Shown here in pieces: positions 21,429 to 31,891 of a DNA stretch of 64,000 nt. The DNA is from a virus (Duplodnaviria; Caudoviricetes): IMG/VR virus record IMGVR_UViG_3300028635_000004, positions 26,328-90,327 of that record; one strand, 5' to 3'. The notes beneath the pieces were generated by a model. That model was not told the DNA's origin and made no database searches. It was given only the letters and a program-made list of their open reading frames with translations. Numbering within the stretch: the first letter of the stretch is position 1; every line of letters begins with the position of its first letter. The translations under genes were made by a program, and so were the position numbers.

Positions 21429-22429
21429 TAACCCTTAAAGTATTTATCATCACCTATGTAGAAAGATTTGTCAAAGAAAGTAATATACTCTACTTTAACA
21501 CGATTAATAGTACCGTCTTTAGCTAACCTAGCTTCAACTATACCACCACCAAGCATTGCTTGTATCTTCTTCTTCCGCATAAATAATGTTTGATCACAAG
21601 TAGTAGCAGTTTGCACACAATGGACTTCTCTTGGGAATGAGTAGTCAATTTTATGATAGTGCCCTGCTAATATAATTGTAGGTTTTTCACCACCTTGGTA
21701 TGATTCTACAAGTTTTTGCATTGTATAAGATGTAGCATAAGCTGTACCACCACCTGGGTGAACAACGCGTAACCAAGATTTATGTTTTTGGTCTGGTTCA
21801 CTTAATAAAATGTCTGCTTCTGCATAACCAAGGTATTGAAAATCGTCCATACCTAATTCACGTCTGTGATTTACAAGATATGAACCTATATTAATTCCTT
21901 CTCTTTGTACGTACCATCCTTCATGATCGTCACCTGCTATGAGTTTGGTAATGATACCTTCACGATATGGATAGTGTGTAGCACAATATTTTAATTGATT
22001 TGTGCAACCCCTAACAAATATTTCATTTTGATTCCACTTAAACTCACCATCAATCCAGTTGCCGCTATTATATACTACTCTTATACCTTCATCTTGGAAA
22101 ATATCATAGAGTGTATTCAATACATCTTCACGACTGTTGTAGTTGCATAAGTGATTGTCTGAACAGAAACCAAACTTAAGCTTGTCACCTTGCCACATTT
22201 TGTAGTCATAGGGATGTTTTACTACACCCATATCAATATTAGTTAATAATGATATTATGGGTGATTCTTCATCAACAACATTATAATGCTCTTGTTTAAG
22301 TTTGGCTAAATATTCTCTTATTAGTAAAGGGGATACATTAAAATGTTCTGATATCTCTAATAGAGACTTTGACCCCTTTTTTAAGAAATTTGTTAAGGTT
22401 TGTTTTGTCAGTTTTTTTGATGTTGACAT
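21428..22429 (-). CDS. Calcineurin-like metallophosphoesterase with N-terminal HTH
   Basis: SDNH, GNWIDG, GDDHE, GHYH motifs. Confidence 0.8.
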   Translation of the reverse strand: MSTSKKLTKQTLTNFLKKGSKSLLEISEHFNVSPLLIREYLAKLKQEHYNVVDEESPIISLLTNIDMGVVKHPYDYKMWQGDKLKFGFCSDNHLCNYNSREDVLNTLYDIFQDEGIRVVYNSGNWIDGEFKWNQNEIFVRGCTNQLKYCATHYPYREGIITKLIAGDDHEGWYVQREGINIGSYLVNHRRELGMDDFQYLGYAEADILLSEPDQKHKSWLRVVHPGGGTAYATSYTMQKLVESYQGGEKPTIILAGHYHKIDYSFPREVHCVQTATTCDQTLFMRKKKIQAMLGGGIVEARLAKDGTINRVKVEYITFFDKSFYIGDDKYFKG

Positions 22430-22447
22430 AATGTTTGATTTACTTAT

Positions 22448-23086
22448 TTATATAGCATTAATTGATAAGTCCGCAAAAAGAGTAGGACTTATATCTGCTA
22501 ATTCTGTTAATAATGGAACCATAAGTTCACGCATTTGAGGATGTGCGCTCGGAGCAGTCCTTAATTCAAGTATATGACGCCATTCTCTGATATTGGCTTT
22601 TACTACAATTTCAGTTTTAATAGAATTTGGTAATATTGACCTTGCTTTTTCTGGAGTCCAACCCATTTTAATGAGTCTGTTATACATTAACTCTACAGTT
22701 TGCATTAATGATTTCCATTCCAAATATGCAGAATCATCTTCTTTCTTTACCCAGCAAGGTATAATAAATGTTAATTCGTTACTAAATTTATCTTTAGTAT
22801 AATTGCAGTAACGTGTAGATTCTTGTGCAAATGAACATAACCTATGCCGTACAAGTTCATGAGATATTCCCCTGTCACATATAAAACCTACTGTTATAGA
22901 AGGTCCAAATTCAAGCATAGCATCGTGTTTTGCATGCATTAAGCGTTCGATGAGTTTACATGCAGATTCTTTTGTAATCCATTCGTGTGACTTATAACAA
23001 GTCCTTGCTGCGTGTTCGATCTGAATTTCTGCAAGTTTAATATCCTCCTTATTGAGGATTGTATATGATGGTTTGATTATCTTCAT
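22448..23086 (-). CDS. thyX: Flavin-dependent thymidylate synthase
   Basis: ELVRHRLCSFAQESTRY ThyX signature. Confidence 0.95.
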   Translation of the reverse strand: MKIIKPSYTILNKEDIKLAEIQIEHAARTCYKSHEWITKESACKLIERLMHAKHDAMLEFGPSITVGFICDRGISHELVRHRLCSFAQESTRYCNYTKDKFSNELTFIIPCWVKKEDDSAYLEWKSLMQTVELMYNRLIKMGWTPEKARSILPNSIKTEIVVKANIREWRHILELRTAPSAHPQMRELMVPLLTELADISPTLFADLSINAI

Positions 23087-23094
23087 ATATTTTG

Positions 23095-25080
23095 TTATTT
23101 AATGGTACATACATCATTAGTACAGTACAATTCAGGTTCAGCTTTGTCTGTTATTTTATCAAATTTAAGCAACTCCGGTTTAATTGTACTTATCATTTCT
23201 AAATATTCCTTTTCTGATATCTTTTCATATGGCATTTGTGGATAAACTTTGGTATCCGCTTTTGGTAAGAAACTGATAAGTTTAAGTTGGTATTGATAAT
23301 AATCTAAAGCTGTTTTAATTTGGTCTTTCTCCCAAGGTTTAAATGTTACTGTAGAGGATACTTGGTTATCAGCCCAATATTTTTGTAGAAATGCTGTAAC
23401 GGCCAATTGCTCCCATATATTAGTATCGTCTATAGTTTTACAATTTTTAACTTCAACTGGTATTTCTACTACCATAGTATTGTCAGGATCATTTACATCC
23501 TTAACTACATTGTAGTTAGCAACTTTAATATCTTTTAATAGTGAAGAATTAACTGAAAACCTAATACGTCTAATGTAATATGTACTTTCTGGAAAGTGTA
23601 CACCAGGTGTCACACCTGCTAATAAACTAACAGTACCAGATGGTTTAATAGATGTTACCCTAATAGATCTTGGTACACATAACCAATCTGAATAGATTTG
23701 GTCATACTTTTTAATAACATCATAGCCAGTAGTAAGCCACTTACGTAGTTCTTCAAGTCCGCGTATGCCTATAAATTGTGCTACCCCGCTTATAGATGTA
23801 CCTATACGCCTATTCCTCATCTGTACCCTATTAGTTTCAGCCCAATGACTTTTACCTAATGTTACAGTTTTAGCAAATAAATAGGCATATTTTAATGTTT
23901 TTAAGAAGTCGTCTAAATTGTCATGCCTAGTAGGAAATGTTTCTACTAAACAACACATTTCATATGACTCTAATGGTTGCTCACCACATGGATTAGTACC
24001 TTCAGCTCTATTGTCTGTAGTATCAATGATACCATTCATACGTGCATAATTATGAGTATTGTGAATCCAAAAGAAGCCTGGTTCACCATTAACAGCTACT
24101 TGTTCTGCTAATTCTGCATAATCATCACCAATTTCTGTAAACACAGTATTATTTGAAGTCCAACCCCATTCTGAACGTTTAGCGTTTGAACCATAATATC
24201 TGTAGTCTATAGAATCCCAATAATAGTCTTTTAACTTAAGGAATTCTTCAGTAGGTTCGCCTAATGCTATTTGAGCAGACCTACGCACATTACCTGCTAC
24301 TACACAACAACCAATTTGATTCATTATATCAGTTATATCGGTTGCTGTAATCCTTTCACCTATACGTTTACTAAGCGTTTCATTAATTTGTTCATGTAAC
24401 CTTTTTAATGGTTCAGGTCCTGATGATTTACCACCAAATGTTTTAATTGGTTCACCTTTTGCCCTTAATAAACTATAGTCAAATATTGGTTTTGAAGAAC
24501 CTATAAAATAAGCTTCTAATAGAAACTTAACTGATTCTACCCAACCTTCCCTTGTATCAGGTATAATATGTTTAAATTCACCTTTGGGTTTACGTATTGT
24601 TAATTGACCAGCACCTTTAACATCAAAGCCTACACCACAACCTAACATTGACATGTCCATCATATATTCAAACGGTTTAGTAAGCTCTTTACCTAAATCT
24701 TTTGTAGATACAAATGAACATGCATTAAGTGCAGCATATAAGCCTTTTTTGTATATGGCGTCTGTACCCATAACCCAAAGTGACCTACCACTTGGTAGGA
24801 ATTTCATATTGAAGATTCTATCATACATCTCTTGTGCTTGAAGTTGAGCTTTCTCTTCGTCCCAGCCAAGATTGTATTCAGTAATATGAGCTTTTTGCAT
24901 AGAGAATGAACCTTCTACTACCCTACGCACTACTTCATACCACTGTTCATTAATACCATCGTCTTTTTGACGGGAGTATGTCCTATAAAATGTAATTTTG
25001 CCTAAGCCATTAAACCCAAAGTCTGGATCTAATGATTTATATCGTTTAATAAAATTATCAGATAATTCAAAGTTTTTCAT
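23095..25080 (-). CDS. nrdJ: Class II (adenosylcobalamin-dependent) ribonucleotide reductase, monomeric RTPR type
   Basis: TFYRTYSR, GNVRRSA, TNPCGEQPL, KPSGT, C-terminal CTNDVC; no small-subunit gene adjacent. Confidence 0.9.
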   Translation of the reverse strand: MKNFELSDNFIKRYKSLDPDFGFNGLGKITFYRTYSRQKDDGINEQWYEVVRRVVEGSFSMQKAHITEYNLGWDEEKAQLQAQEMYDRIFNMKFLPSGRSLWVMGTDAIYKKGLYAALNACSFVSTKDLGKELTKPFEYMMDMSMLGCGVGFDVKGAGQLTIRKPKGEFKHIIPDTREGWVESVKFLLEAYFIGSSKPIFDYSLLRAKGEPIKTFGGKSSGPEPLKRLHEQINETLSKRIGERITATDITDIMNQIGCCVVAGNVRRSAQIALGEPTEEFLKLKDYYWDSIDYRYYGSNAKRSEWGWTSNNTVFTEIGDDYAELAEQVAVNGEPGFFWIHNTHNYARMNGIIDTTDNRAEGTNPCGEQPLESYEMCCLVETFPTRHDNLDDFLKTLKYAYLFAKTVTLGKSHWAETNRVQMRNRRIGTSISGVAQFIGIRGLEELRKWLTTGYDVIKKYDQIYSDWLCVPRSIRVTSIKPSGTVSLLAGVTPGVHFPESTYYIRRIRFSVNSSLLKDIKVANYNVVKDVNDPDNTMVVEIPVEVKNCKTIDDTNIWEQLAVTAFLQKYWADNQVSSTVTFKPWEKDQIKTALDYYQYQLKLISFLPKADTKVYPQMPYEKISEKEYLEMISTIKPELLKFDKITDKAEPELYCTNDVCTIK

Positions 25081-25197
25081 AAATGTAAATAAAAATAGCA
25101 GGCTACTTAATATTATTATGAGCTTAATAACAACCTCGATACAATCAGGGGCTCAAAGTCCTTTATCTCGGTTACATTAAATAGCCTGCTTATACAA

Positions 25198-25764
25198 TTA
25201 TTTAAGATTTTTCAAGTCTTCGAAACCTTCGAGTACTTTTACCTTAACTTCGACATGATTATTAAAATCTGATAACTTCGTTTTAATGTCAGCTATGAGT
25301 TTTTCTGTCTCAGTAATTTCTGCTTTAATTTCTGTTAGACGTTTTTCAATATTTCGCTTACTAGTAAGTTTCTTATTGAGTTTATGACCAGGATTACTGC
25401 GTTTAGTGTCCTTTTCACCGACTTTCTCTTCGAGGTCGATGTAATTCTCACCTTTACGCTCTAAGTCCCTTAAAGAGGCTAATTTCCTGTTTAAAGCAGA
25501 TAATTTGTATATGTAGTAATTGTTTGTATTTCCGTCCGAATGAGTATTGTTTGTGTTAGCTTGCTGAATAGCAAGTTTAACCTCAACAAGTTGCTCATCA
25601 ATTGTGGTTATAGTGTCGTCTATATCCTTAATTTTTCGAACATCATAATCCTTAGTAAATAATAAATTATACTTTTTCTGGATGTTCATACGAATTAGGA
25701 TTTCCAGATCGACCTTTGCTTCAATTAGTTTTTCAAGTTTTATTGTCTTTTCTGCAAATTTCAT
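25198..25764 (-). CDS. Coiled-coil hypothetical protein
   Basis: ORF with helical K/E-rich composition. Confidence 0.6.
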   Translation of the reverse strand: MKFAEKTIKLEKLIEAKVDLEILIRMNIQKKYNLLFTKDYDVRKIKDIDDTITTIDEQLVEVKLAIQQANTNNTHSDGNTNNYYIYKLSALNRKLASLRDLERKGENYIDLEEKVGEKDTKRSNPGHKLNKKLTSKRNIEKRLTEIKAEITETEKLIADIKTKLSDFNNHVEVKVKVLEGFEDLKNLK

Positions 25765-25804
25765 AATAGTTGATTTATGTTGATAGAGTGCCTGTATTCC
25801 CTAA

Positions 25805-26449
25805 TTAACTTACTCCAAATAAGTAATCATTTACCTCTTTTAATTGATACATTTTATGTGCAAATTCATTACCTGTATTAGCACCTATGAATTTAAGCGG
25901 ATTAATTGCAGAATTATTACGCCTTAATTCAAAGTGGAGATGACAAGATTTGCCCCAAACGAGGCCAGTTTGACCACCAAGGCCAATAACATCCCCAAAA
26001 TGTACATAATCTCCTTCTTTGACTTTTATGTCATTTAAATGTGCGTATAGCGTACTATACTCATCATTGTGTTTAATGATTATGTTGTTACCATAACCAA
26101 TTTTGGAGTACTCAACTCTTATTACTTGACCAGAACCAGAAGCCATAATTGGCTCATTTTTTTCTACAATTACATCTATACCTTTATGTAATAATACTAC
26201 ACGTAATATAGGATGTAATCTGTAGCCATATTTACTTGATAATTTGAAATCAACTGTTGTGTCAATTTCAATAAAAGGATATAATGGAATGTTTGATATA
26301 CCAATATGATTGATGTCTAGTTCTTTACTAATGCTTACCACTTTTTCTAACTTTATAGTATTTTCTATTCTTTCTTTGTCCAAAATTGGAGCAAAACTAG
26401 TTAATGTTGAGAATAAGAACATACTTAAAGTTATAAGAAGTTTCTTCAT
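25805..26449 (-). CDS. M23 family peptidase with signal peptide
   Basis: HKGID, YAHL, HLHFE zinc motifs; hydrophobic N-terminus. Confidence 0.9.
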   Translation of the reverse strand: MKKLLITLSMFLFSTLTSFAPILDKERIENTIKLEKVVSISKELDINHIGISNIPLYPFIEIDTTVDFKLSSKYGYRLHPILRVVLLHKGIDVIVEKNEPIMASGSGQVIRVEYSKIGYGNNIIIKHNDEYSTLYAHLNDIKVKEGDYVHFGDVIGLGGQTGLVWGKSCHLHFELRRNNSAINPLKFIGANTGNEFAHKMYQLKEVNDYLFGVS

Positions 26450-26645
26450 AACTAAAGATTTCGTTCATATTTGCATATCTCTTAAGCCGATATGCTAACC
26501 TCGCTAACACTTGATTGAGTCGGCTTATATTGTACGCTATAATTAAGATAAGGTTACTATGTTATTAGTAAAATATCGAAATTATGGTACTCAAAAATAA
26601 GGTAAATGGTAGCCATAAAAGACTACCACTTACCTATTTTGTGTG

Positions 26646-27212
26646 CTATGCTGCACTGAGTAACCCTAGTGCAACCCTATTCGGGGGAGACCTTAAAAAT
26701 GAAATCTCCCTGAGTATAGCGTTTTTAATAATAACTTCAACTCTGTCTGTTGAATCAACAACTAAATTCTTGGCAGAATCAAGTACTTCTATAATACTAA
26801 GTACTAAAGAAGCGTGTTTATCCCTTACATAACCATAAATTTTGTTGATATAGTATTCAACATATAAGGGTTCTTTAATAGCACCCTTACGTAATAACTC
26901 CCTTAATGAAATATTATTAGCTTTAACAGAGGATAAGTTATATCGTTTCGCTACAGTATCCGCATATAAGTAATCTATTCTGTCTTTGATAGAATTACTT
27001 TCAACACTCGATGTGTCCATAATTGACAATGCAATGTCAATATCAATTTTCATTGGTTTAAATATATATTGTAACAAGTTTGTACCAAGCATTAGTTTAC
27101 CTGATTTATTCACTCCCACATATTTAAACTTAAAGAAAACTGCTGAACATTTTACGATTTCTTTGAGCTTCTTTTTATAAAGCTTGGATAAAGCGAAAGC
27201 GTCCCTTATCAT
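26646..27212 (-). CDS. Hypothetical protein
   Basis: ORF in operon orientation. Confidence 0.55.
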   Translation of the reverse strand: MIRDAFALSKLYKKKLKEIVKCSAVFFKFKYVGVNKSGKLMLGTNLLQYIFKPMKIDIDIALSIMDTSSVESNSIKDRIDYLYADTVAKRYNLSSVKANNISLRELLRKGAIKEPLYVEYYINKIYGYVRDKHASLVLSIIEVLDSAKNLVVDSTDRVEVIIKNAILREISFLRSPPNRVALGLLSAA

Positions 27213-27221
27213 GATAGATTA

Positions 27222-27788
27222 TCATAAAAGTTTTTGCAATTGATGTAAGACGGCTGCATCAGAGTTGAATAAACCCTGTAAGCCCACAAATAATACAAAT
27301 GATGTAGCCAGTGCTAATATTAAACCAATAATTATAAATAATGTAGCATGTGTTGCGTCTATATGTCTTATCCGCAGTACTTTTGCCCATAAATAGAATA
27401 ATAATAGCAAAGGAATCACTATTGCTACAGCTTTATTTGTATTACTTCGTCGCACAGCAGTACTTATATCGTCCTTTGTCATACCAAAATTTGATGTAAT
27501 ATAAGATATCTTCGCATCACTCTCCTTATAGACTACATTATCTATTTTATTGTCCAATAAGGCAATGCGAGACATTATACCATCATATTCTGTTTTACTT
27601 GAGGTTTTTAGTTCATTTATTTGAGTGTAAATAGAACTAACATCCTGAATAGGTAATTTGACATCTGTGGCTTTAACTTCAATGTTAAGCCTTAAAGTGT
27701 CATCTGGCGCTCGTTTTACTGTCTCTTGTGCAGTTAGTGTAAAGAGTGGTAATACGAGTAATGTTAAAAGAACTAATAATTTCTTCAT
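27222..27788 (-). CDS. Membrane protein with signal peptide and two C-terminal TM helices
   Basis: MKKLLVLLTLLVLPLFTLTA; two hydrophobic segments near the C-terminus. Confidence 0.65.
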   Translation of the reverse strand: MKKLLVLLTLLVLPLFTLTAQETVKRAPDDTLRLNIEVKATDVKLPIQDVSSIYTQINELKTSSKTEYDGIMSRIALLDNKIDNVVYKESDAKISYITSNFGMTKDDISTAVRRSNTNKAVAIVIPLLLLFYLWAKVLRIRHIDATHATLFIIIGLILALATSFVLFVGLQGLFNSDAAVLHQLQKLL

Positions 27789-28225
27789 TAGTATAACTCT
27801 TCTTTAAGTTGACCCCTGAGGAATTCAACAAGATTAGTATATGAATGAAGAATTTTCTCAGCATTAGCAACCTTATCTTCCATAAAGCTACGCCAGTCAA
27901 TGTGAGCCTTTTCTTTGTCAACATATACCTTTTCAAAGATACTTACTTCTCCTTCAGGTACACTAAGGTCAATGTCATGTTCGCCATTGATGCGAAGAGT
28001 TTTACCATCTGCAAGTACATTCATATCAGTTATAAACACTGATACTATTACTGCAAAACCAGTAACATCAATATTGTTGATAACTCTTCCTTCAGCAACG
28101 CCTTCTTCAGCGTCTTCGAGTTTAATCATATAAGCATCTGTGAACATGTTCGGAATACGCTCACGAACATTCATTGCTGAGAAATCAATTTCTAAGCCTT
28201 TTGCAGTTGATTTTGATTTAGCCAT
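27788..28225 (-). CDS. Hypothetical protein
   Basis: ORF coupled to the next gene by a stop/start overlap. Confidence 0.6.
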   Translation of the reverse strand: MAKSKSTAKGLEIDFSAMNVRERIPNMFTDAYMIKLEDAEEGVAEGRVINNIDVTGFAVIVSVFITDMNVLADGKTLRINGEHDIDLSVPEGEVSIFEKVYVDKEKAHIDWRSFMEDKVANAEKILHSYTNLVEFLRGQLKEELY

Positions 28226-28229
28226 TTTT

Positions 28230-28730
28230 TTAGTGTTTTTGATTCATACTAAAAGATTTATTTGTTTGCAAGTTTTTCTTTAGTAATTTGGACTCAAATG
28301 GAATATAACAAACCTTGATTGTCTCAGACCTGGTCGTGTCTTTGTATATTAATACACTTGTTTTCCCAGTAGGACTGTCAAATTTGTCATAATCTTTTAT
28401 AAGTAATAGCCACATGTTTACTAAGATGGGATGCTTGCCCCAATAGATTTTAGGTAACCTGTCTATTTTCTTTGGCCATAGGCTTTTATATGGTCGTAGA
28501 AATGTACAAGTACCTATGTAGATTTTCAATAAGGTTATGTTCCACTTATTAAATAGGGTTATATAAGATATTTTATATACCTTATATGAATTTTTTATTC
28601 CACCAACGTTTGAATCTTTAATTAATTTACCACCTTTTATTATCGGTACACAACTTCGTGTTAACTCAAAATAATAATATGTTTTCATTTTAGTGTGGTT
28701 ATTAATTAAAAAAAGTAGAGACATAAACAA
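28230..28730 (-). CDS. Hypothetical protein (likely start MKTYY at 28688)
   Basis: ORF in operon orientation. Confidence 0.5.
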   Translation of the reverse strand: MFMSLLFLINNHTKMKTYYYFELTRSCVPIIKGGKLIKDSNVGGIKNSYKVYKISYITLFNKWNITLLKIYIGTCTFLRPYKSLWPKKIDRLPKIYWGKHPILVNMWLLLIKDYDKFDSPTGKTSVLIYKDTTRSETIKVCYIPFESKLLKKNLQTNKSFSMNQKH

Positions 28731-28734
28731 TCGG

Positions 28735-30040
28735 AGAATGCAAACTCATCTTCAGACAAGTAAATCACACTTACTTCTCCTCTGTTGCTTTTAAGCAATA
28801 ATTAAATTGCTCATTATGGTCTTGCTTATGCACTCTACACTATTAATTGGTAGTTAAAGCACTTATTATGCTAGCCTACCATAGCGTAGAATGTGTCCTT
28901 TTAATGAACATACAATAACTGTTGTAGATTGACATATTCCTATGCCATTCGATGCTCGGCCTCCATACTATTATATACATTTATAAATATAGAATAACTT
29001 TAACGTCGTTATCACTAACACCCGTGTTCCAATTTTCACATTGGCAGCTACTACTAGACGGATCAATATTCACTTGTTAACCCTACTTTGCTCATGTCAA
29101 CTGTAGACATGAGCCTAACAGTTTTCACACTAGCTTATTAGGTAAGTGATGGTTCACCTAATAGATTTCGCACTCCTATATAATAAAGAAATAATAATAC
29201 TTCAACGGTTGCGTGTCTGAGTACGCACCAACTCAGTCTGGCTTGTTTAATATATTCACCGTCACTTGCTGTAATATACCGCTATTTTACGTCAGTGTAT
29301 TATCTGTGCAGTCTAACATAATTAAGCTACAATATTAAACCCAATAAACCGCTATATACTATGGTTCAACATTAATTAATACCTATAATCCACGCCATTT
29401 GCAACTGTCGCTTTATAGGCATCGGGCCCCTTTGCACTCCCTTGGATACAATCTGTTGATTGGTAGGATTCAAACCTACGTAGCTCCCGCAGAGCACCCG
29501 ATTTACTATTAATTCGTTGTAGTATATAACTTATCGACATATCGCTAATTAATTCCTTTCGTCAGAAAGGGGTTAGGATCTTAGCTTTTTATCAACCCAA
29601 ATTTGTCTACTGGTAGTCGTCCCAACTTATATTAACGTATAGTTGGCAAATACGGTACCTTTAGGTTTTGATAACCCGTGCTCTCATTACTAGTACAATA
29701 CTCATAAGAGATTCGTCAGTAGCTTTAGAGACTTAAATTTTTCACTGGGAATCCCACCCTGTCGCTACGTGTTTGGTTGTTAATAAAGTGAATGTGGGCA
29801 AGGCTATTGCGTTTAGTCAACATCATATTGACATCAGCACAGCATGGGCACATCGTCTGAGATAGTTGCGGCTATCTACGCCTATAAAATTATGAGTAGT
29901 ATAGACTATTTGATGTGTTTGTTCAGTGCGTCACACAATTGTAACACGCTAATATTTCTCAGCAGATCCTCAGTCACATTTGACCTCCCTTGCCATCGCA
30001 ATGCGCAGTTGCTAATATTAAGCGCCACTTTATCGTCTCC
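28735..30040. ncRNA. Candidate large structured non-coding RNA region
   Basis: 1.3 kb with no credible ORF; many hairpins, e.g. 29090-29114 (9 bp perfect), 29136-29163, a 29421-29502 multibranch junction and 29555-29570. Confidence 0.4.
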
Positions 30041-30041
30041 A

Positions 30042-31556
30042 CTATTGGTTCAAAAATTCTACTTTGTATAGAAAGTTTTTGTCCAAAAGACCCCAACGGT
30101 TATATTTGAGTGCCGTTGCTGGGATTTGACCAACAGATGTTATTTGAACTTCTTCGGGTAACATTTCTTGGTTCACCCTTTTAATTTGTCCCTTCATGAT
30201 TTTATCAAAGAAGAGATAATTAATTCTATTTGCATCAAGGATGGCTTCGTCTACGTCTAATGCCAAGAAGTACTTACCTTGCCACCATATTAATGCACAA
30301 TCCTTAATAAAAGGAAATGAATTAAATATTGATTCAATGTATGCTGGACATACACCATTGGAGAAAGCATAACCTACATACTTTGCATAATTACCGTGTG
30401 GGGTAAATAATACATGAGTATGTATAGACCTTATAGAATCATCATCTCTATACATCAACATAAGTTCAGATGTTTCATCAGAAGCTGTGATTTTATTATC
30501 AGATAGTAGAAGATGTTTTCTCTTACTTTGTGTCATGGACACTGACAATGTATGCAAATCGGGCAGCATAGAAATGTAGCCTGGTTTCTTGCACAGACCA
30601 AAAAACATTAGAAACTGTTGTTCCCTATGCACATTGTAAATAGTTGAGTGTCTTAATTTTTCTGATATCTCTGCCAAGAGAGAGTCTGTTATTAGACCCA
30701 ACACAATTATGTGCTTAAATGATTTAAAATATCTTTCAAACTTCCTAATAATTAATCGTATAATAATCCTACCTAAATACTTATGGAAAAACCATTTAAA
30801 TAATAGTTTATTCTGAAGTGTATCTGATAGAATCTCTCTCCATACAGCACGATATTCTTCATATGGGATATATAATACCCTATCGTTTTCAAGCTTAAAT
30901 TTCTCCCCATGCATAATTTCGTATCTTTTATTTATGTTATAAGGGGTTATGCCATGACGTAGTAATACTAAATAATATATGAAGTATTCATCTGTAAGAT
31001 TGTAGAAACAATGAACTTTGTTTAGTAACTTCTCCCTGCCAAGAGATGATTCAAGATGTCTAAACGCAATAGCAAAATTAAGTTGATTAGTAGCAACTTT
31101 TCGCATTATATCTGAGTATAAAATCATCATGAACGATGGTGAAATATCAAATATATCTGCATTAGCATTTGGTTCAATTTCAAGAATAGTGTTAAATTCT
31201 GTAATTTTTGCAAAAATGCTGTCACTCTTAATACTAATTTTACTATCTGTTATGATATAAGGTTTGTGAATTTCAGTAAGATGCGATATTATCTCTATCT
31301 TTGTCATATTTGTAGGTATAACGTAAAATGTTTTACCCCTTATCATGAGAGCCAGTCTCATAAGGATATTATATCTCACGTCTTCTATAAATATGATTGG
31401 AGAATATGGATATGCAACATCTCTGTCTAAAGTGTTTATAAATTTTAAACACTTAATTAACTGAATTTTATACCACGATGGTAAAGATTTTATCAGCTCG
31501 CGTATCAAAGTAAAATAAACTCCCATATTATTTGATTTTTGCAAGCATCTTACCAC
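30042..31556 (-). CDS. Degenerate long-chain acyl-CoA ligase (ANL superfamily)-like protein; likely start at 31526
   Basis: C-terminal NGVCPAYIESIFNSFPFIKDC..VNQEMLP..QI resembles the FadD C-terminal domain; the YTSGTTG loop is replaced by ILYSDIM. Confidence 0.55.
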   Translation of the reverse strand: MVRCLQKSNNMGVYFTLIRELIKSLPSWYKIQLIKCLKFINTLDRDVAYPYSPIIFIEDVRYNILMRLALMIRGKTFYVIPTNMTKIEIISHLTEIHKPYIITDSKISIKSDSIFAKITEFNTILEIEPNANADIFDISPSFMMILYSDIMRKVATNQLNFAIAFRHLESSLGREKLLNKVHCFYNLTDEYFIYYLVLLRHGITPYNINKRYEIMHGEKFKLENDRVLYIPYEEYRAVWREILSDTLQNKLLFKWFFHKYLGRIIIRLIIRKFERYFKSFKHIIVLGLITDSLLAEISEKLRHSTIYNVHREQQFLMFFGLCKKPGYISMLPDLHTLSVSMTQSKRKHLLLSDNKITASDETSELMLMYRDDDSIRSIHTHVLFTPHGNYAKYVGYAFSNGVCPAYIESIFNSFPFIKDCALIWWQGKYFLALDVDEAILDANRINYLFFDKIMKGQIKRVNQEMLPEEVQITSVGQIPATALKYNRWGLLDKNFLYKVEFLNQ

Positions 31557-31890
31557 CTAAACTTAATTGTTTGACTGAAAAGTCTAACCAATTTTGGTGT
31601 ATTGTAATAGCATAATACCTTGTTTTGTCACTTTTTTCTGTAACAGTACTACAAACAAGTTTGAGATTTTCTTCAATTTCATCTCCTAAGAAAATGTAGA
31701 AGAATGCATCTTTCTTTGAGAAATCGTCAATGTAGTCAATGAGTTTAAAAGCAGTATCGGTAATTTTCTTTGCCACAGAATATGTACCTACTACTGTTTC
31801 TGCATACTCAAGACTCATTGCTTTAAGTTTGAACAAATACTTAATTAAGTCTTTGTCAACTTCTGGTAAACCAGCGTTCAATATTGCCAT
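31528..31890 (-). CDS. Hypothetical protein
   Basis: ORF tightly packed in the operon. Confidence 0.55.
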   Translation of the reverse strand: MAILNAGLPEVDKDLIKYLFKLKAMSLEYAETVVGTYSVAKKITDTAFKLIDYIDDFSKKDAFFYIFLGDEIEENLKLVCSTVTEKSDKTRYYAITIHQNWLDFSVKQLSLGGKMLAKIK

Positions 31891-31891
31891 T

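Noticed and set aside
11132-25080. dUTPase, ThyX and class II RNR as a novel metabolic system
   Set aside because: These are common phage nucleotide-metabolism genes; no sign of a base-modification pathway in this window
29449-29502. tRNA-like T-arm (GTAGG-TTTGAAT-CCTAC on -) with a variable-arm-like hairpin
   Set aside because: No matching acceptor or D-arm at the tRNA or tmRNA distance; treated as part of the larger structured region
28735-30040. CRISPR-like array in the long non-coding gap
   Set aside because: No regularly spaced 25-40-nt repeats; only short scattered motifs
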